A stretch of 64,000 nucleotides of DNA from the IMG/VR virus record IMGVR_UViG_3300020048_000007, positions 96,001 to 160,000 of that record; one strand, given 5' to 3'. A program made the position numbers and the translations under genes. The notes under the pieces were generated by a model, which had not been told where the DNA came from, made no database searches, and worked only from the letters and a program-made list of their open reading frames with translations. The stretch comes from a virus (taxonomy: Duplodnaviria > Caudoviricetes). Below, piece by piece: positions 25,155 to 33,960 of this stretch; the first letter of the stretch is position 1, and each line of letters opens with the position of its first letter.

Positions 25155-27028
25155 GGGAAGTTTATTTTTATTCTTTTTTCGGAAGGACTGTATTTCATTA
25201 AATCGCCTTCGATTCCGAAGTTCTTTTTGGCCCATTCGTTAATGTTTTTTAAGCCTCTGAGGTATACTGCTTTCATCGACGGGTTGGCAAAATCTGATGG
25301 TTCTGGTGTTTGGTAACTACCGTCTCGTTGTTTAGCAGCTTTCTTTATGAGGTTGTTGAGCTTCGCTTGATCGGGTTTGGCTAGGTCTGTTATATAGTTC
25401 TGTGCTTTTTCAGCGAAGTTTTGCTTTTTGGTGTCTGATGATTCTGTGTCTAATTGTATTGGCTTTTCTGGAGCTGCTGGTGGCTTTGGTGCTGGTGGCT
25501 TTGGTGCTGGTGGCTTTGGTGCTGGTGGCTTTGGTGCTGGTGCTGCTGGTTCTTGAGCAGTCGGTTCAGGCTCAGGCTTTGATTTATCAGCTGGGGCTAC
25601 CGGAGGATTTGGAACATAGTATTTCTTCGTACGGTGCAGAAAAGCCTGTAGTGTGTATAAATCCTCAAATTGGTTGCTTATTGACTCGCTAGAAGCTTCT
25701 GAATTAGCACGCCTAAAATCCTGAATCATAAAATAGCGTGGGGGACCTTCCCTCAGGCGTGCGATAGGTGATTCGGCACGCCCCATCGGATATCCGTAGC
25801 CAATCTTATTATGCATGCGTCCATGCTCGTAATAGTAGTTCACTAACGGAATCCCGAGATAACTCAATGGAGTATAGCCAACACTCTCCAACCACTCTAC
25901 GCTTTCTGACGGTATAGCTGATAGTTGGATCTTCCCACCAGAGGTCTGCTTTAAGCTTTTACCGTACTGTGTATTATCGTATACCTCTTCTTCTGATTTA
26001 ACATTGATATCGATCGCTTTACCTTGAGAAATCTTTTGCTTTAGCTCATCCCGTGCTTCTGAGAGACTTCCGGTGATGTCGTCTTTTTGATATTCTGGTA
26101 TATCACTGAATTCGTCTGGATCTTGGGTAGCTGAGTCTATTTTATCAGACAATTGTTGTGCTGCCGGTTCTTCTTGATCAGTCTGTCCTGCCATGGAAGG
26201 CATAGCAACAGGGTCAATGGGCTCGTCTATTGCTGGCTCATCTTCTGCTGGCTCATCTTCTGCTGGTGGTTCATCGCTTCTTGTTGGCTTATCGTCTATT
26301 GTTGGCTCATCGTCTATTGTTGGCTCATCGTCTATTGTTGGCTCATCATCTGCTGGCGGCTCATCGCCTACCGGTGGCTCATCAGCAGAAGGACCATCCC
26401 AAAAACCATTTGATTCATCATCAGATGGTCTATCTCCTGAGCCAGTTGTATCATCCGGTGATTGAGAAGAGTCAGGCTGAACCGGAGATCCCTGTTGCTC
26501 AGGTGTCTCAGGTGTCTCAGGTGTCTCAGGTGTCTCAGGTGTCTCAGGTGTCTCAGGTGTCTCAGCCTGTGGTTTACTGAGCTTACCCTTTATGTAAGAA
26601 AAAACATTATCAATTTGCTCTGGTCTACCTGCAGTTAGAGTACCATCTTTAAGCTTCTTGGCCAAATACTCCTTTAAAATCTGCTCTCTCTCTTTAGAAA
26701 TCTTGCCAGCCAACGGTTTTTGCTGCTGATCAGGGTCATTCAGATCCCAAACCCAAGCCTTACGCACATTAAATAACACACCAGAGATCTGGAATTTCTT
26801 ATCAGCCAATTTCTTAACATAAACTCTAGCGGATATACCACCAACGAATTTTGATTCTGCTGGCAATCTAGTCCCGACATCAGAAAAAGTGAAGACAGTC
26901 TGATCACCTTCTTGTACAATGTGATCATAAAACTTTGTCTCTTCATTTATAGGAATGTCGCCTATAAACAAGTTCTCAGAGAACGTCAGAATAATATCGA
27001 TGGCGGAGTGCAGATTCGAAAGCTTCAT
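25151..27028 (-). CDS. Multi-domain Pro/acidic repeat protein, probable internal head or virion protein
   Basis: Start MKLSNL at 27028 with GAGGG RBS; ETP x7, DDEPTI-type repeats and APKPP x4 linkers. Confidence 0.8.
   Translation of the reverse strand: MKLSNLHSAIDIILTFSENLFIGDIPINEETKFYDHIVQEGDQTVFTFSDVGTRLPAESKFVGGISARVYVKKLADKKFQISGVLFNVRKAWVWDLNDPDQQQKPLAGKISKEREQILKEYLAKKLKDGTLTAGRPEQIDNVFSYIKGKLSKPQAETPETPETPETPETPETPETPEQQGSPVQPDSSQSPDDTTGSGDRPSDDESNGFWDGPSADEPPVGDEPPADDEPTIDDEPTIDDEPTIDDKPTRSDEPPAEDEPAEDEPAIDEPIDPVAMPSMAGQTDQEEPAAQQLSDKIDSATQDPDEFSDIPEYQKDDITGSLSEARDELKQKISQGKAIDINVKSEEEVYDNTQYGKSLKQTSGGKIQLSAIPSESVEWLESVGYTPLSYLGIPLVNYYYEHGRMHNKIGYGYPMGRAESPIARLREGPPRYFMIQDFRRANSEASSESISNQFEDLYTLQAFLHRTKKYYVPNPPVAPADKSKPEPEPTAQEPAAPAPKPPAPKPPAPKPPAPKPPAAPEKPIQLDTESSDTKKQNFAEKAQNYITDLAKPDQAKLNNLIKKAAKQRDGSYQTPEPSDFANPSMKAVYLRGLKNINEWAKKNFGIEGDLMKYSPSEKRIKINFP
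25479..25538. repeat. 15-bp tandem repeat x4 (APKPP)
   Basis: ggtggctttggtgct x4 on the plus strand. Confidence 0.9.
26221..26375. repeat. Imperfect 15/18-bp repeats (DDEPTI / EDEPA)
   Basis: ggctcatcgtctattgtt and ggctcatcttctgct units. Confidence 0.75.
26501..26563. repeat. Perfect 9-bp tandem repeat x7 (ETP)
   Basis: aggtgtctc x7. Confidence 0.95.
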
Positions 27029-27046
27029 AGTATTCCCTCTATAATT

Positions 27047-27054
27047 TATATTTA
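27047..27054 (-). promoter_or_regulatory. Putative late promoter motif TAAATATA
   Basis: 19-26 nt upstream of the ATG at 27028. Confidence 0.5.
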
Positions 27055-27056
27055 TG

Positions 27057-27923
27057 TCACATCCGGGCTTCATCAATTAATTGTCTGTAGCTGTTAGTGA
27101 AGCAATGGATGTTTTTGGATTCAAACACTCTGTCCTTAGAGTAACCACCACTCTGGCCCGGCTCATAACCACCATGGGTCGTCGCCATCCAATCATCATC
27201 GCTCATCCCGCCATCGTTTGATTTATCATCCGTCTTTATATCAGGTTCTCCAGTATGGCGTTGATTTGATTTTGTGACTTTGAAGTCGACACCTCGCTTT
27301 TTGAAATACTTTTGGATTTTCTCAAAATGTGTCTTATCATTAACACTCCTATCAAAATCTCTAAGTGTTTCTAAATCACCAATATTGAAAATCTTCTCCA
27401 TAATATTAGAGAAGTTACCAACTTCTTGAAGAGCGCATAATCCATACTCTACATCATAATCGCAATATTCAATAATTTTCACGGCTAATTGCTGAGGACC
27501 CATATAGTTAGCAGCGTTTGTGAATAATTTAGAAAATACCCCGCCAAAAGCCTCATCCATACCATACAGACCTTCACCACCGACGGTACTTTCTATTAAC
27601 TTATCGAAATCATTCTTAAAGTATTTAGCTATATTAGCACCAATATCATTTACATCTAGATAAACGATTTCGTCGCTATCGTAATCTTTATGCTCTAATA
27701 CACCATTGGTCACTGGAATTTTAAAGCCGCCATATATATGAGCTTCTAAGATACTAGGAATCATATCCGGAGTACATTTTGTGATGTTCCTATTAACCAT
27801 CACTTTAGTAGCTAGCTCTTTAGCCGTCGCAACCGCTGCCTTTTGAAACAATCCTAGCGGATTGCCCATCGCAGCACCAATACCTTTTAGAATAGAACGA
27901 CGGCCAATGTTTTCACGAATCAT
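27057..27923 (-). CDS. Hypothetical protein with twin-arginine-like N-terminus
   Basis: Start MIRENIGRRSILKGIGAA at 27923 with AGGAG RBS; C-terminal VFES/IDEA motifs. Confidence 0.75.
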   Translation of the reverse strand: MIRENIGRRSILKGIGAAMGNPLGLFQKAAVATAKELATKVMVNRNITKCTPDMIPSILEAHIYGGFKIPVTNGVLEHKDYDSDEIVYLDVNDIGANIAKYFKNDFDKLIESTVGGEGLYGMDEAFGGVFSKLFTNAANYMGPQQLAVKIIEYCDYDVEYGLCALQEVGNFSNIMEKIFNIGDLETLRDFDRSVNDKTHFEKIQKYFKKRGVDFKVTKSNQRHTGEPDIKTDDKSNDGGMSDDDWMATTHGGYEPGQSGGYSKDRVFESKNIHCFTNSYRQLIDEARM

Positions 27924-27940
27924 ATTATAGTCTCCTAAGT

Positions 27941-27948
27941 TATTTTTG
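27941..27948 (-). promoter_or_regulatory. Putative late promoter motif CAAAAATA
   Basis: 18-25 nt upstream of the ATG at 27923. Confidence 0.55.
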
Positions 27949-27956
27949 TATACTAG

Positions 27957-27982
27957 AGTGGCCAAGAATACTCTTGGCCACT
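27957..27982 (-). terminator. 11-bp stem-loop after the RNR gene (terminator or stabilising hairpin; no U-tract)
   Basis: AGTGGCCAAGA-GTAT-TCTTGGCCACT. Confidence 0.55.
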
Positions 27983-28002
27983 TCCTCCATCCTCACATTA
28001 AA

Positions 28003-30246
28003 TCAGACAGCACAAGAATCGCTATCGCAAAACTTAGATCCCTCTTCCTTACCATAGTAAGTAGAAAAATCTAAATCTTTCAATTGAGCATTGTAGTCCA
28101 AAACCTCTTGCTCAGAACACGGCTCATACGGAGCCTGAGCATAACCATGATTAGAATGAGGCAAAAAGCTAATGCTCTTCAACTGATCCTCATAGACCTC
28201 TAAAACACTAGCTATATCCTTAGCCTCATCAGCCTTAAACTTGACTGTCACAGACACTTGATTGTCTGCCCAATATCTCTGATAATCCACAGTATTTGCC
28301 ACCTGCTCCCAAATAGAAACCTCATTAGTAGGCTTCACTCTAGGATCAGACACAGCAAACTTAATGACCACAGTATTCACAGGATCAGTCACAGATGGCT
28401 CAACATGATAACCAGCATCCTTAAGAATCTGCACCAAAGGACTGTCGCTCTTCACACGAACACGACGCCAATAATGCTGAGCCTCAGGATAATGAATACC
28501 AGGAGTACAGCCAGTCAGCAAACTCACAGTGCCAGAAGGCTTCACACTCGTAATCTTGATGCTCTGCGGAATGCACAACCACTTGCTATAAACCTTATCC
28601 CACTGCTTAATAACGTTATAGCCCTCATCACAGAACTTGTTAAGCACTTCACGACGACCGAACTGCGCAAAAGCCTGAACAATACCACTCTGACTAAGAC
28701 CAATGCGGCGATTACGAAGCATAACCGCATTAGTGCGAGCAGAGTGAGTAGGAAGAAGAGTCACAGTCTTGGCGTAGAGGAAAGCGAACTTCAAAGTGCG
28801 CTTATAATCTTCATCGTCTTGATGCAAATTGGGGAACGACTCCACCAAACAGCAAAGCTCTGAGTCCTCTAACGATTGTTCTGCGCATGGATTACTCCCC
28901 ACTACCTCCCCGTCGATACCCTCTTTATAACCATCAATCATCCTACCAAAATTCCTACAATTTTCAAGCCATAGGAAGCCAGGCTCGCCATTAGTGGCAA
29001 TGTCCTTCTCATATTGCTTGTAAGGCATGCCGACCTTAGCAAAAACACTGTTATTGCTCGCCCAACGATGATTATTGAGCGCCGACCACTGTATAGTGCC
29101 TTGAGTAAGCAATTCGATTTCTTCTGTGGTAAGACTAGAAGTATCGAAATCGGAAACGTGCAAGTAAGCCACAGAATTGGTGGCTCTACCCCAAGCCATA
29201 CCCTCTTTTTCTTGGATCATTGACTTAATATTGTCTGGCATGAAAGCATAAGGATTTTTCAATGATGAGTACTCCTCATCACCAGCTTCTCCAAAAGCTA
29301 TCTGCGCTGTTCTACGAACATTGCCCGCCACAACGCACTTCCCGATATAATTCATAAGATCAACAATATCACCACTGCTTAATGTCTTGCCAATCTTCCT
29401 ATCCAAGTGGCTTCTAAACATTTGATGCATATCAGATAGAATGTTAGCTCCAGCAGCAGTACCACCAAACCCGCCGATTTGTGAACCAGCTGGTCTGATC
29501 TTCTCATAATTAAAGACCACTTCACCATTCCCAGCTTTTTTGGTGTACGAATGGAGCAAGGTCCTAAGTGAGTCAACCCAGCCTTCCCGGCTATCGTGAA
29601 CTTCGTATTCGACATATTTCGCTGAGTTTGGCCGTTGAATCTCTACTTGACCAGCACCTTTGGTGTCGAAACCGATACCGACTCCCAGCATACTCATATC
29701 CATCATGAAGCAGTACGGTTCGGCTGGGTCTGTATGGCGTTTCATGTCTGTGGATGTCATCCCACAGTTGTTCAAGGCGGCTGAACCTCTGGCGAACATG
29801 AAATCTGTGCCCATCATCCACAGACCGCGACCAGGTGGAAGGAATTTGAATGACCAAATTCTTTCGAACATTTCTTGGGCACTATCTTGTGCTCGCTCAT
29901 AGTCCCATGGGATGTGTATTGAGAGGCAGTGTCGTCGCTGGATTTCGTAGCATCCTTCTACTACTCTTTTTGCTACGTCTAGGAAGGATTCTTTCCCGCC
30001 TTCTGCTTTATCTCTGGAGTATGTGCGGTAGAATACGAATTCACCTAATCCGTTGAATCCGAAGTTTGGTTTCTTGTTATTATATTGTTCTAAAAATGTG
30101 CTTGTGAGCTTGAATGGTTTGCATTCTTTGTGGGCTGAACCAAAGTATGTTTCACCTATGTTGACTATTTTAGGCGTTGGTTTTAGTAGTTTACTGCGGG
30201 TGCTTGATTTTGATTCTGGCATGTTGGGTTCAACCACTATCGACAT
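28003..30246 (-). CDS. nrdJ: Adenosylcobalamin-dependent (class II) ribonucleotide reductase, monomeric RTPR type
   Basis: FVFYRTYSR, KFLPPGRGLW, ALNNC, VVAGNVRR, SNPCAEQ, CCLVE, RRIGLS, TSVKPSGTVSLL. Confidence 0.93.
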   Translation of the reverse strand: MSIVVEPNMPESKSSTRSKLLKPTPKIVNIGETYFGSAHKECKPFKLTSTFLEQYNNKKPNFGFNGLGEFVFYRTYSRDKAEGGKESFLDVAKRVVEGCYEIQRRHCLSIHIPWDYERAQDSAQEMFERIWSFKFLPPGRGLWMMGTDFMFARGSAALNNCGMTSTDMKRHTDPAEPYCFMMDMSMLGVGIGFDTKGAGQVEIQRPNSAKYVEYEVHDSREGWVDSLRTLLHSYTKKAGNGEVVFNYEKIRPAGSQIGGFGGTAAGANILSDMHQMFRSHLDRKIGKTLSSGDIVDLMNYIGKCVVAGNVRRTAQIAFGEAGDEEYSSLKNPYAFMPDNIKSMIQEKEGMAWGRATNSVAYLHVSDFDTSSLTTEEIELLTQGTIQWSALNNHRWASNNSVFAKVGMPYKQYEKDIATNGEPGFLWLENCRNFGRMIDGYKEGIDGEVVGSNPCAEQSLEDSELCCLVESFPNLHQDDEDYKRTLKFAFLYAKTVTLLPTHSARTNAVMLRNRRIGLSQSGIVQAFAQFGRREVLNKFCDEGYNVIKQWDKVYSKWLCIPQSIKITSVKPSGTVSLLTGCTPGIHYPEAQHYWRRVRVKSDSPLVQILKDAGYHVEPSVTDPVNTVVIKFAVSDPRVKPTNEVSIWEQVANTVDYQRYWADNQVSVTVKFKADEAKDIASVLEVYEDQLKSISFLPHSNHGYAQAPYEPCSEQEVLDYNAQLKDLDFSTYYGKEEGSKFCDSDSCAV

Positions 30247-30266
30247 AGAACTGCTCCTGACCAGTC

Positions 30267-30389
30267 TCAGACTGGTTTTCTTGTTTGTACTCTAGGATAC
30301 CATCCTGGGATGCTTGAAAGCATCGACAGTGTAGCTACTGGGCCAGCGCCAATTAAAATTTTGAGGAGAATCGTAATATGCGACAACAT
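30267..30389 (-). CDS. Unannotated 40-aa hydrophobic microprotein MLSHITILLKILIGAGPVATLSMLSSIPGWYPRVQTRKPV
   Basis: ATG at 30389 with AGGA RBS; its TGA lies in the loop of a hairpin next to the nrdJ RBS. Confidence 0.45.
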   Translation of the reverse strand: MLSHITILLKILIGAGPVATLSMLSSIPGWYPRVQTRKPV

Positions 30390-30397
30390 AATTCCTA

Positions 30398-31030
30398 TCA
30401 TCCCTCGAGCGCTCTGATCACTACCTCTGAGCTATTATATAGCTCGAATATCCGTCTCCGACACAAATACATCGCAGCATCCGTAGGAAGCATGTCTCGC
30501 TCATGCGGGTGAGTGATCTCTAATGTATTCAAAATCGAAATAGCCGACTTATTTATGGATAGGAATTCTAATGATATTTTCTTCGCAAAAAATAGGGACG
30601 TCAAATTTGTAAAAGCCTGTTTAGTTGGCCTCTTTAAGAGATAGACCCTAACATCCGTAAGATTCAATGAATCCAAAAATTCAATAGTCGACTCAAGTCT
30701 TTTAATCATATGAATACTATTATCTGCTTCAGTCTTCAGTTTCTTATAACATATGGTCATCATATTTTGTTGGTGAAGGACTGCTAAACCTTTATTAATC
30801 ACTCCTAGTTCTTTAGCATGATTTATCGCGATATCGATAAATCTTTGGCATGTGTCTGGGTCGAAGTCCCATTCTTTGAATTTTTTGGTTATTGATTTTA
30901 TGAATCTCCATTGGTATGTCTTTGTGTGGTCTTTTGCATTTGGCAGCTTTAGCTTTATGCCTTGCCGTAGATATGATTCGAAACAGTATTGCCATACTTC
31001 CTGTTCTGACAGAACAATTTCGCATATCAT
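30398..31030 (-). CDS. Hypothetical protein, weak resemblance to gp59 helicase loader
   Basis: Start MICEIV at 31030 with AGGTGG RBS; helical; C-terminal LFFAKKISLEF is only loosely gp59-like. Confidence 0.55.
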   Translation of the reverse strand: MICEIVLSEQEVWQYCFESYLRQGIKLKLPNAKDHTKTYQWRFIKSITKKFKEWDFDPDTCQRFIDIAINHAKELGVINKGLAVLHQQNMMTICYKKLKTEADNSIHMIKRLESTIEFLDSLNLTDVRVYLLKRPTKQAFTNLTSLFFAKKISLEFLSINKSAISILNTLEITHPHERDMLPTDAAMYLCRRRIFELYNSSEVVIRALEG

Positions 31031-31042
31031 TGGGCACCACCT

Positions 31043-31327
31043 ATGTCTGAAAATCCTGAAGAATCGACAGTTCAACAACACACTGGCATTTTTGATGAAA
31101 ATCATCCAGATGTCTTAGAGGTATTTGGCAGCATGTGCGAACAAGTTAACATCAACACATCAATAGCCATTATACAAGACCCAACAGATGGCAAACCTAA
31201 GGTTTTTATACGAGGCCATCTATATGACGTCGGGCATTTAGTGACAAAAGTCGCAAACCAGATCAAAAAAGAGCTGATGCAGGGATTATCACTTCTCGTA
31301 ATAGTAATTGGTCTCTCTGGAATCTAA
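31043..31327 (+). CDS. Hypothetical protein (94 aa), divergent singleton
   Basis: Fills the gap between minus-strand genes; protein-like composition; 39-nt tail-to-tail overlap with the baseplate gene. Confidence 0.55.
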   Translation: MSENPEESTVQQHTGIFDENHPDVLEVFGSMCEQVNINTSIAIIQDPTDGKPKVFIRGHLYDVGHLVTKVANQIKKELMQGLSLLVIVIGLSGI

Positions 31328-32875
31328 AACCACGATCTCATTGGTGCCAATTCTATTAACAGCAGTAGGACTACTTTCCGAAGCTATGGTAGGCTCCGAC
31401 AAGATATTATTGGCCGGACTAAACACATCTACATACAACACACCGTCCACACTCTGAATAGCCTCAACCAAGCTACTAATATAAAATGACTGGCCCATCT
31501 CCCAATTAGCGATATCGAAATACGCAGTAATCATCGCCTCTGTTTTTTCCTTCACTACAGACGCCTCAGCGCCTCTATTTAAAATGACATTAGCTTTCAA
31601 AGACACTTTTTTCATGCTACCATCATGAATAACAACAGTATCAGTCATCACATTCAGAGTATTCACATAGGTCTCAAGACCCTTCTTAAGACCAGCACTG
31701 GGGCTTGATAAGCCATTTGAACCCAGAGCCAGAATATAAAGATCAACAATGCTAGCTCTCAAACCAATCCTGGCTCCAGCAACAGCTTTAGCAACCGTTC
31801 CAAAAGCAGGATGTGAAAAAGACTTGGCAGCTTGAGCGTAATCAGCAGCTGTCACGATAGATCTTTGTAAAGCATAGTCTTTTGGTGCCCTTCTCTTTGC
31901 GTCCGCTAAACTCTCGCGATCAGTACCACCGACAGCAGCGGTAATGTTCCTGAATCTTACGGATACCGGCGCGCTAGCTGGAGGATTAGCTCTCATCTGC
32001 TTCATAGTATCAAGCACAAATGCACCAATCCGACCTCTCACACCACCGCCTTTACGATAAGTCACAGTAATAACAGAGCCAATCTTTGGAGAACGACCAG
32101 TAATATCATCACCAAACTGAATGGTTATACCCGTCGAACTAACAGTAACCTCAGCGACAGAATCATTCGGACCATATCTCTCAATAGGATCAAAAATCGG
32201 GGTGTAGAAAGAAGCGACATTACCATAAACCACCTTGATAGTGATAGGGCTATCAAGAATGTTAGTATCAGCAATGTTTAAAACCTGGTTTGGACCGCCA
32301 GCACTAATAACCGAATCGCTAGTCCCAGTAACACCCTCAATACCATAAGCTATCACACCACGTTTACCAGCTGGTATGACTATATCACCAGTAAAATCAA
32401 AAGGCGATTTGAAGACCTCATAATTAAGCAGGGTATTATTAGGGCCGTTGATGCTTAACATCAGACCACCCTGAATCTGAATATCAGTGAAAGACGGGTT
32501 GTCTATAGATACTTCAACATCAGTTATAGCAGGAGTGGCATTTCTAATCTTCTGGTTTATCAGAGCAAGATGGTTTATAACTGCTTGCTCTGTCCTTGCA
32601 GTTGGTAAGGTCGATTCATTTGCAAGCAAATCCGCCCGAAGTGAAAGCTTAGCCACTATAGACGCCACGATTTCAGTTATCATCACAATGCCGTTACTAG
32701 CGACAAAGTCATTAAACTGATCAGGAAAATACGTAGCGATATACTCATATATCGCTTTGCGAGAAGTATCGAAATCTAAGCCACTAAAATCGATCTTCCG
32801 AAGCGACGCTGGTGTTAATGCAACGCCAAACTGCTCTGGATTCGTGGGAAGATCAAAGTAAGTCATATCAGCCAT
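31289..32875 (-). CDS. gp6: Baseplate wedge protein, T4 gp6 / baseplate J-like
   Basis: LDFDT..IYEYI..FNDFVASNG, ESTLPTART, GGTDRESL, RSIVTAADY motifs. Confidence 0.88.
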   Translation of the reverse strand: MADMTYFDLPTNPEQFGVALTPASLRKIDFSGLDFDTSRKAIYEYIATYFPDQFNDFVASNGIVMITEIVASIVAKLSLRADLLANESTLPTARTEQAVINHLALINQKIRNATPAITDVEVSIDNPSFTDIQIQGGLMLSINGPNNTLLNYEVFKSPFDFTGDIVIPAGKRGVIAYGIEGVTGTSDSVISAGGPNQVLNIADTNILDSPITIKVVYGNVASFYTPIFDPIERYGPNDSVAEVTVSSTGITIQFGDDITGRSPKIGSVITVTYRKGGGVRGRIGAFVLDTMKQMRANPPASAPVSVRFRNITAAVGGTDRESLADAKRRAPKDYALQRSIVTAADYAQAAKSFSHPAFGTVAKAVAGARIGLRASIVDLYILALGSNGLSSPSAGLKKGLETYVNTLNVMTDTVVIHDGSMKKVSLKANVILNRGAEASVVKEKTEAMITAYFDIANWEMGQSFYISSLVEAIQSVDGVLYVDVFSPANNILSEPTIASESSPTAVNRIGTNEIVVLDSRETNYYYEK

Positions 32876-32878
32876 CTA

Positions 32879-33259
32879 TCATCCCCCAGAAACAAGTCTA
32901 TCAATTGTGATGTACAGATTCGGGCTAACCTTAATCTGAGCCACCAAAAAAATCCTGAGTTCATTTGTATTATCGGTGGCGGTCAGATTTAGCTTAACCA
33001 CATTGACACGAGGTTCATGAGTCTTAATGGACTCACTGATGCTATCTCTAATAGCCAAAATCTGACGGCTATCTAGCTGCTCAAAAATCGAAGACCTCAA
33101 TATCGTACCGAATGTTGGCCTGAAAACCCTCTCGCCAGGCACAGTCAGTAACAATTGAAGCAAGTCATTCTTAATTAGCTGCTGATCTTCTTGCCGAGAT
33201 AAAATACCATTAGGACCACCATAGAACGCTGGGTTAAACCCGTAGAGTATCGCACTCAT
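32879..33259 (-). CDS. gp25: Baseplate wedge / sheath initiator, gp25-like
   Basis: IKNDLLQLLLTVPGERVFRPTFG..THEPRV motif. Confidence 0.9.
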   Translation of the reverse strand: MSAILYGFNPAFYGGPNGILSRQEDQQLIKNDLLQLLLTVPGERVFRPTFGTILRSSIFEQLDSRQILAIRDSISESIKTHEPRVNVVKLNLTATDNTNELRIFLVAQIKVSPNLYITIDRLVSGG

Positions 33260-33960
33260 TTTAACAACGCTCCTAATGATCTCAAAGCATCGGTTTCGGA
33301 AGACACTTGTAACTGAAGCGCAGCAATCTCGCTGTTTAGATTTCCCGCAATGATTATATTAGCAGACAGATCTGATTTCAGTTTCTCAATGTAGCTGGTC
33401 AGCGCACCGGTGCTATTTGCCAGCTCCAAGGCAGCTATGGCCTTGGTTGTATCGCTATTCTGTTTTGTCAAATTCAATAATGCAACGTTTTTGTTTGCTG
33501 CTTGTCTCTTCAGATCATTGATAGCTGTTGTTTTAAGATCAAAGCTTGATTGGATCGCTTGATTTATGACAGTAACGTCTGTTTCTTCTAGGCCAAGTTT
33601 TATAAAATCAAGATAATACAGATTATGGCTGAGATCTGAAATGTCTGACGTTATCTTATCAGCGTAAATCGCCGTGTCAATATCGCCAAATTCTAATATC
33701 TGCCCAACTTCGTATATCTTCTGACCAGACTGAACATTATTACCTTTGGCAGTTGAAACAGTGAATACCAAATCACCCAACTTGGTTCTATTGATTTCTA
33801 AACCATCAATTTGCCTGATTTCTTCGCCAGTTGGTATGGTTATAAAAAAGATGCTTGATCTAGATGGCGCATTATTGCTTATGTTATACGTTATATTAGT
33901 GCTAGCCAAAAATGTCGGCAACTGATCATAATATAATCCTGTTGGATACTTGATGATCAT
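33256..33960 (-). CDS. Hypothetical baseplate-associated protein with C-terminal coiled coil
   Basis: Translationally coupled between the spike and gp25-like genes. Confidence 0.65.
   Translation of the reverse strand: MIIKYPTGLYYDQLPTFLASTNITYNISNNAPSRSSIFFITIPTGEEIRQIDGLEINRTKLGDLVFTVSTAKGNNVQSGQKIYEVGQILEFGDIDTAIYADKITSDISDLSHNLYYLDFIKLGLEETDVTVINQAIQSSFDLKTTAINDLKRQAANKNVALLNLTKQNSDTTKAIAALELANSTGALTSYIEKLKSDLSANIIIAGNLNSEIAALQLQVSSETDALRSLGALLK

Noticed and set aside
25027-25242. 71-aa plus-strand ORF
   Set aside because: Better explained by the ATGA-coupled 32-aa minus-strand ORF and the overlap with the upstream gene
19125-30246. Inteins or group I introns in terminase, helicase or RNR
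   Set aside because: ORFs are uninterrupted and near expected size; no C/S..HN splice motifs or LAGLIDADG blocks seen
30247-30397. Cobalamin riboswitch upstream of nrdJ
   Set aside because: Only faint echoes (ACTGT, AGTCTGAGAC); the GGGAA and GCCACTG core is missing and the region is short and reads as an ORF; a Rfam search would settle it
30398-31030. Firm gp59 helicase-loader assignment
   Set aside because: Only a short C-terminal resemblance; left as hypothetical pending HHpred
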